From NCBI GenBank assembly GCA_965178125.1, contig OZ237758.1, positions 186,001 through 250,000 on the forward strand: a stretch of 64,000 nucleotides of DNA, written 5' to 3'. Shown piece by piece: positions 58,083 to 64,000 of this stretch. The translations under genes and the position numbers were made by a program. Every line of letters begins with the position of its first letter. Positions within the stretch are counted from its first letter, which is position 1. The notes beneath the pieces were generated by a model that saw nothing but the letters and a program-made list of their open reading frames with translations, made no database searches and had not been told where the DNA came from. The DNA comes from Bilabrum cf. latius. Its lineage: Eukaryota.

Positions 58083-60452
58083 ATGTCGGAACCAGTTGAA
58101 GCCGCTGAAATTTGCATCTGCGCCGCGCCGTGGACGAGGCGGACAGAGCATGCAGAGGATTTGAGATTCGAGACATGCAACGACTTGCTCCTCGAGTCGA
58201 TGCCGATGGTTTCGCCGGACACCCAAGTCAAAGTAATTTGCGTACAAGGCCCCGCTCGTGTTGGGAAGAGCACGACAATGAACCTCATTGTGCTTTGGCT
58301 GCTTGCAACCATGGGAAAAAGCGGCTGGAACGACGCAGATGTCCGTGAAAAGCTCAAATTCCACGGCTCAAGTCGCTCCAAAATCGACTGGGTGAAGTGT
58401 AGGGTAACTGGACTGTGGGTTCCTCTCTGCTTCCAGACGGGAGACACGACCGATGCGTGCACGGAAGGATGCGACGCTGCCGTGGTTCTGATCCCCAAGG
58501 GCTGCTTCGGACGCTCCAAGGACCTTCTTCTCACGATCGTCGACACAGAGGGCCAGGGTGACAGGAGTGGAGACTACGATCACAAAGTCATGCTCCCGGC
58601 GCTTCTGCTGTCTAGTGGTGGGCTCACCATCAGCCACGCCGGACAAGCAGTCCCGCAGCAGGCCGCCACTCTGGATCGGCTGCAGCAAATGGCCGATCTT
58701 GTCACCCTGTTCGCCTGCGCCAAAGAGGATGATAGCATGGAGGCCTCAGAGAGCACCGCAGCTTCGGACCAGCGCATCGGCCTGGGCCCAGTGGTCGTGA
58801 TGCAGCGAGACGCGGGCGACGACCCCGACACTATGGCAGACGACAAGGCATTCCTGCATGAGAGAATCTTTGGCACTGGCGCCACTGATGAAAACGGAGA
58901 AATCAAAGAGGCTGCCGGGGGAGGAGCTGCATCAGCTGCATCTGCAAGTGAAGGGAGCAAAAGTGAAGCAGATCACGGAGAAGACGAAGACGAGGATGGG
59001 GGCCTGGTGGCGCAGAGGCGCGCTGCCTTCCGACGCACATTCGAGCGCGGCACGGTGGAGCTCCTTCCCACGGTGCAGCTCAAGGCGGGCGATGAAGAAC
59101 TCAAGCAGTCGAGAATGGACTTCATGAAGGCGCTCGAGGCATTCTGCGACACCCACATTGTGCCTTGCATCCAGGACGAGACTCCCCGTTGCATGCCGGG
59201 AGGAGTGCCCATGCAGGCAGGTGCCATCGCCCGCATCCTCCCCGAGGTGGTGGAGCACTGCGACCAGAAAGGCGCGCAGATCCCAGGGTTGCTGGAGCGG
59301 TACAACCAGAGGGCACTGACGGCAGCCAAGGACGGAATCGAGCAGTTTGCAAGCAGCGTCATCGAGTCGCCAGGAGTGCTGGCTCGCTGCGATGCAGCCA
59401 TCGAGACCACTCGGCTGCAGTTGCCGGGTCTCCTTCGTCTGGTGGCATCTCGCGCACTTGGCCCGACCACCATGAGTGTCGAGGAGGCGCTGGCCCACAA
59501 AGACCTCGCCTCTGCGCTCAAGGACAAGCAGACCGCCATCGTGCAGGGGCTCCAGGCAGCGCTTGAGTCCAGGAGGTCAGGCGCAAGGGAGGCACTCATC
59601 ATGAAAAGCCCTGAGATCCTGCGGAGGTTCGCCGATAGGCACAAGCGGAGGGAGCAGGAAACACTCGATGCGCTCAAGCAGAGGGAGGGCCAGGCGGGGA
59701 GCTCGAGCCAGAAGCACGCCCTGGCTGCCGAGCTGGACGCCTTCGCAGGAGCCGTCCACAACATTGCCGAGCAAGCCAACGTAGACGCAACCGAGGATAT
59801 CAAGAAGCTGTGCACTGGTGTTATGGAAGCAACGAGGCGGCAGGCAACGAATTTGGGATACCTAGCTCCAGGGCGTGCCTTCATTCGAATGAAGAGAAGC
59901 AACGGTTGGGGGGCCGCTAGCAGTGCGACAGCAGCTGGATGCAGACCGCAGGGCGCATCGGCAGGAGTGCGACAGCTGTGCAGCCTATTGTTTGAGTGCA
60001 GTGTGCAGTGGTCTGGATCCGGGTCGGGTCGCCAGTGTGCCCCGACCCTCACAGTGGACGACGTGGTCTCAGACGTGGCTGCCTCGCCAGCAGAGGGCAA
60101 GGAGTCAATCATGAAGCAACTGAGGGATGAAGCCAGCAGGCTGTCGCTGGAGGCCCGACAGACGTCCGCAAAGCTGATCGGAGATGATGCAGCGCGCGCT
60201 CACCTCGAGCAGCTGGCGGCGACTGAGCGGGCAGCGAGGGAGCAGGCGAGAAAGGCGCAGGCTGACCTAGACAGACAGCGGCCAGCGCTGGAGGCCGCAG
60301 CGAGACAGGCGAGAGTGTTGGCAGCAGCAGCGGCAAGGGACGAAGAGTTGCGCCAGAAAGAGCGCAGGGAAATGCAAGATCGGGTGCGCCAGGCGCAGCG
60401 TGACGCCAATTCTCGTGGCTCAGGCGGAGGAGGCGGTTGTGTGGTATCGTGA
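58083..60452 (+). CDS. Guanylate-binding protein (GBP)/atlastin-like large GTPase with a C-terminal CaaX box, 789 aa, intronless
   Basis: G1 GPARVGKST, G2 ACTEG, G3 DTEG, G4 QRD. A long helical/coiled-coil C-terminus ends GGGGGCVVS-TGA. Confidence 0.85.
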   Translation: MSEPVEAAEICICAAPWTRRTEHAEDLRFETCNDLLLESMPMVSPDTQVKVICVQGPARVGKSTTMNLIVLWLLATMGKSGWNDADVREKLKFHGSSRSKIDWVKCRVTGLWVPLCFQTGDTTDACTEGCDAAVVLIPKGCFGRSKDLLLTIVDTEGQGDRSGDYDHKVMLPALLLSSGGLTISHAGQAVPQQAATLDRLQQMADLVTLFACAKEDDSMEASESTAASDQRIGLGPVVVMQRDAGDDPDTMADDKAFLHERIFGTGATDENGEIKEAAGGGAASAASASEGSKSEADHGEDEDEDGGLVAQRRAAFRRTFERGTVELLPTVQLKAGDEELKQSRMDFMKALEAFCDTHIVPCIQDETPRCMPGGVPMQAGAIARILPEVVEHCDQKGAQIPGLLERYNQRALTAAKDGIEQFASSVIESPGVLARCDAAIETTRLQLPGLLRLVASRALGPTTMSVEEALAHKDLASALKDKQTAIVQGLQAALESRRSGAREALIMKSPEILRRFADRHKRREQETLDALKQREGQAGSSSQKHALAAELDAFAGAVHNIAEQANVDATEDIKKLCTGVMEATRRQATNLGYLAPGRAFIRMKRSNGWGAASSATAAGCRPQGASAGVRQLCSLLFECSVQWSGSGSGRQCAPTLTVDDVVSDVAASPAEGKESIMKQLRDEASRLSLEARQTSAKLIGDDAARAHLEQLAATERAAREQARKAQADLDRQRPALEAAARQARVLAAAAARDEELRQKERREMQDRVRQAQRDANSRGSGGGGGCVVS

Positions 60453-60864
60453 GCACTATCATCCAAGGTGTCCGGCTTTTTGCATGTCTTTTATCCAAAT
60501 CAACGACTTTATCGGTGAACTTAGTGTCACTGGTGTTGTGACACGCTGTTGTATTTAGCGAGACACGCGGCACACAAGGTCTTGATCAAGCTCGTAATTT
60601 TCCATCTTGCGCAATTGATACCAGACGAATGCATGCAACATGGATAAATAAATACGGCGATGCTGCATAGGCCTGCCGACATGATTCTGGAAGCACTACA
60701 GGCCAGCGGTTGCACTTGGAGCAATTTGTCCGGTATTGCGTGAAGCGTAAACCACACGTTACCCTAGGGCACGCACACTTTTCTCGCACGACGATTTACT
60801 CAAGTTCGACTCATCTTGAACAACTTTATTCGCATAGTTTTATTGTTCCTATTATACAGAAGTC

Positions 60865-63800
60865 ATGGAGGAAGCGCTGTCTAGGTTTGAGGCAGCAGTA
60901 GCTGTGGCTGCCGGTGTCCCCCCGGATGCTGAAAGTGCAAGTCCTGATGTTCTGCGGCGCTACCAGCAGGCTGTAGAGTTTGTGAACAATATTGGAAGGA
61001 GCCCTGATCATGCACAGATGTGCGTGATTGCCCTTAGCCGAGCGAAAGAACCTGCATCTAGGCACATGGCGCTGACTGGTCTGCAGACGCTGCTGGGTGA
61101 TGCCAGGCTGAGCCAAGATTTGCTCCGCAAGCTGCAGCAAGGAGTCTTGGCGTGGTTACGTGATCATTTCGTGAAAGGCGGTGCCTCTAGAGAACCGTCT
61201 CACGTCCTCCGCAAGGCCTCCCACATGCTCGCTGTTCTCGTGCGGCGGACCTACCCGACCAACTGGAGCTCTGCCTGGAGGGACATATCTAGCCTTCTCT
61301 GCCCCACGACGGCCACACGCATGCGACCAGCACTGGCCAGCCTCGCTGAAGCACGCGGCAACCCGGAGGGCCTGGCGCGGGCGGAGCAGAGGGTGCGGGC
61401 GTGCGCCGTGTCGGCGCTGGCCCCCGGGTCCCCCGACGCGCCGCGATTCTCCTCCGCGGCCGAGGCGTCCGACAGGCAGCGCCTGGCATGTCACGTGTGC
61501 TTCCTTGGCCTGGTGCAGGAGATTGACGCGGAGATTGCATCGAGGGAGGCGCTCAGGGGCACCCTCCGGCACGAGATCAACAAGGAGGAGAGGGAAGCGG
61601 GGAGGGCAACTGCGGGGGCGGTGTCTCTGGGGGGGGCGGGAGGGGGGGCCGCCTCGGCGGCGTCGGCGGGGGAACGCAAGCGCGAGGAGCTAAACAGGGT
61701 GAAGGACGCGATGCGATCCGACGGTTCCCTGGCCCTAGCATGCGCTGCGTGCGCGGACGCTCTGGCCCTGGTCCCTGCCGTGCTCCGGATGGCCCCGGGA
61801 GCCTTCGGCGCTGGGGATACCCCGCTGGCGGCTGTGGTGCGCCAGGGGGCGCAGGTGCTGGCGCAGGTGACGCCCTGGGCGGATGCAAAGCTAGTATCTG
61901 CCCCTCCCCTGCTCAAGTTCCACGACAACGTGCTTCGAGCCGGAGCCGCAGCAGCAGCGGGTTCGTCGTCGTCGTCGGCTGCTGGTGCTGGGGCATCCGC
62001 CGCAGGGTCTTCCCCTCCATCGGCGCCGCCCTCATCATCGCTGGCACCCGCGTGGCTGCGGCTGGGCTGCATGCAGTGCCTGCGGGCGGCAGTGCGGAAG
62101 GGCATGCCGGTGCCGCAGCGACTTGCCATGGTGGTGCAGTCGGGCATGCACTCGCTCGCTGCAGGCCAGCGCCCGCCTGCCTGCGACATGCGCGCCACGA
62201 GGCGCAGGAGGAGGGCACTCTCGGGGCGGGCGCTGGGAGGAGAGCGTCCCTCCATCGGACACCGCGTGGTGTTCGAGCAGGTAGCCCCTGACGGCGCCAG
62301 GCCAGAGGCGTTCCTTGACCTCACGCAGCAGGGCGAGCTGGCGGTGGCCCGCGAGACGTGCGCCCTGGCCGCCCTGCTGCTGCAGCTGGGGCTAGAGGCA
62401 GCGAGGGAGCCCGCCGTGAGGTCTTCAGAGCCGGCCACGGCGGCCTGCGTTTCGCTCCTCCGAGCGGTTGTTCCCTGGGCCCTGGACCTGTTCGCGGGGT
62501 CGCCCCCCGAGGCGGCCCTGGAGCTAGGCGGCAGCATCCGGGCACTTGCAAACGAGGCGAGGCCACCTCCCGGGGCTCCAAGCGCCGCGGATGCGATTTT
62601 CGGCGGGGCTGCATCGGCCACAGGGAGGACGCGAGCCGGTGACAGGCCGGGGATCGCGCAGCTGCCCGGCTTTGCAGGCCGATAGATCGTTGAGCCGCTC
62701 GCGGACAGCCTTTTGGTTGCTGGACAGTACCCTCCTGGGTGGGAATACCGGGAGCCGGAGGGTGACGAGGACTACGACGGGGAAGGCAGCGACAGCGATA
62801 GCGAGGACGAGGGCGGTGGGGCGGCGGAGAGCAAGGGGGGCGGGGGCGGAGGCTCGGCAAGGTTCGCTGCATACGCCGACACCGTGCCCGCAGGCGCGGA
62901 CGCGGTGAGGCTGGAGGTGGCCAAAGCAGCGAGGGACGCGGGGCGGTTCTTCCCGGCGGAAACGCTGGGCAAGATCCTGACCCACCTGACCGGCTGGTCC
63001 GTGGCCGCGCCGGGTGCCGCAGAGCCAGCCGCGGCCGTCCTGGCTGCGCTGAAATCCGGGCAGTCTTCCCTGCCCGCCGCCCCCTTACGGGCGATGGCCG
63101 ATGCCGCCAACCGGGCAGACGGGGCTCACTGGAGAGGCAAGGCCTACGAGTGGGACGGGCTGGAGTCCGCGATGATGCTGCTGTACTGGTCCGGGGAAGG
63201 TATCGTCAAGCACCAGGGGACCACCGCGCAGCAGCTCGCAGCCATCTGCCAGCTCGTCGCGTCGGCCCCGTGGACCCACCCGCAGGTTGAGGTGGTGATG
63301 CAGTTCATGGACATCTGCCAGCGGTTCTCCCGCGTGTTTGGGACCGTGCCCGCCCTCTTCGAACCGGTGGTGCGGGCCCTTCAGGGCAAGCACGGCATCG
63401 CCAGCCCGAGCGTAGCGGTGCGGGAGCGGGCAGCGTACGTGCTGCTGGACACGGTCAAGCAGGCCGCGAAACTCCCCCGCAAGGCGGGCCAGCCGGCCGT
63501 GGGGGCTGCCGCCAAGCCACTCCTCGCCAGCCTCAGGCAGCGCCTCGCGCCCGCCCGACTGCCCTCGGTGCTCATGAGGGCGGCGCAGGGGGGAGACGCG
63601 AGCGCACGGGCGGCGGTCGCCAAGGTGCAGAAGGCCGCGCCGTCGTGCGTTGCACCCCCGGACCGACGGGCCCCCGCGCTCAGCGTGTCCGCCCAGGGCC
63701 ACATCCTGGAGCTGTGCGGCTTTCTGCTCAAGCAGCCGTGGGTGCCCGCCGCCGTGCGGGGGGGCTTCACCTCGGAGGCCCTCAAGCCCATGGGATCGGC

Positions 63801-64000
63801 CGTGGCCGCGGCTCAGGGGGCCCTCGTGGAGGCACTCAACCGGGCTGCGGCCGCTCGGCTGCAGAGAGGTGGCGGCGGGCCGCCCCCCTCGCTGCCCGCT
63901 AGCGCGCACGAAGCACTTCGGAGCCCGGCCGTGGACACTCCCCCGTGGGCTATTTCCCTGTGCAGATACACTGCGGATCTCATGCGCGGCGTGGCGTCGC
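60865..64000 (+). CDS. XPOT: Exportin-T (tRNA exportin, Los1/XPOT), runs off the window
   Basis: LRKASHMLAVLVRRTYPTNW, EIDAEI, NRVKDAMR, PWAD, AVRKGMP. Past the TAG at 62683 the frame continues with LESAMMLLYWSGEG, MDICQRF and GIASPSVAVRERAAY. Confidence 0.82.

Noticed and set aside
222-62685. Mass pseudogenisation or sequencing error as the cause of the internal stops
   Set aside because: The interruptions are exclusively TAG, never TAA, TGA or frameshifts. They occur in essential genes and all catalytic motifs are intact.
222-62685. Pyrrolysine or programmed leaky readthrough at TAG
   Set aside because: There are up to 16 TAGs per gene, with no shared downstream context, in Gln-type positions. 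There is no Pyl machinery in the window and it is not known in eukaryotes.

Overview
A gene-dense, GC-rich window from a unicellular eukaryote's nuclear genome. It has short GT-AG spliceosomal introns, Prp8, Rictor, eL19/eS19 and exportin-T. The low-complexity Ala/Gly-rich proteins are reminiscent of bicosoecid-like stramenopiles, but the taxon cannot be fixed from sequence alone. About 20 protein-coding genes can be reconstructed. The main result is that the supplied ORF track is fragmented because TAG is not a stop codon here. By my hand count about 55 in-frame TAGs interrupt 13 genes, including essential ones. They fall at conserved Gln sites (nicotinamidase T-[TAG]-D-F-H-P), inside poly-Q tracts, and between catalytic residues. 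Genes end in TGA (17 cases) or TAA (2 cases), and I found no internal in-frame TAA. This points to the rare code UAG=Gln with UAA/UGA=stop. Under that code a roughly 5,900-aa Rictor emerges. The window also holds a 30 x 52-bp tandem array inside a gene's 3' end, a CaaX-bearing GBP-like GTPase, a degenerate GT10 fucosyltransferase-like gene and a candidate GATCCG promoter motif. I saw no tRNA, rRNA, CRISPR array or transposon.
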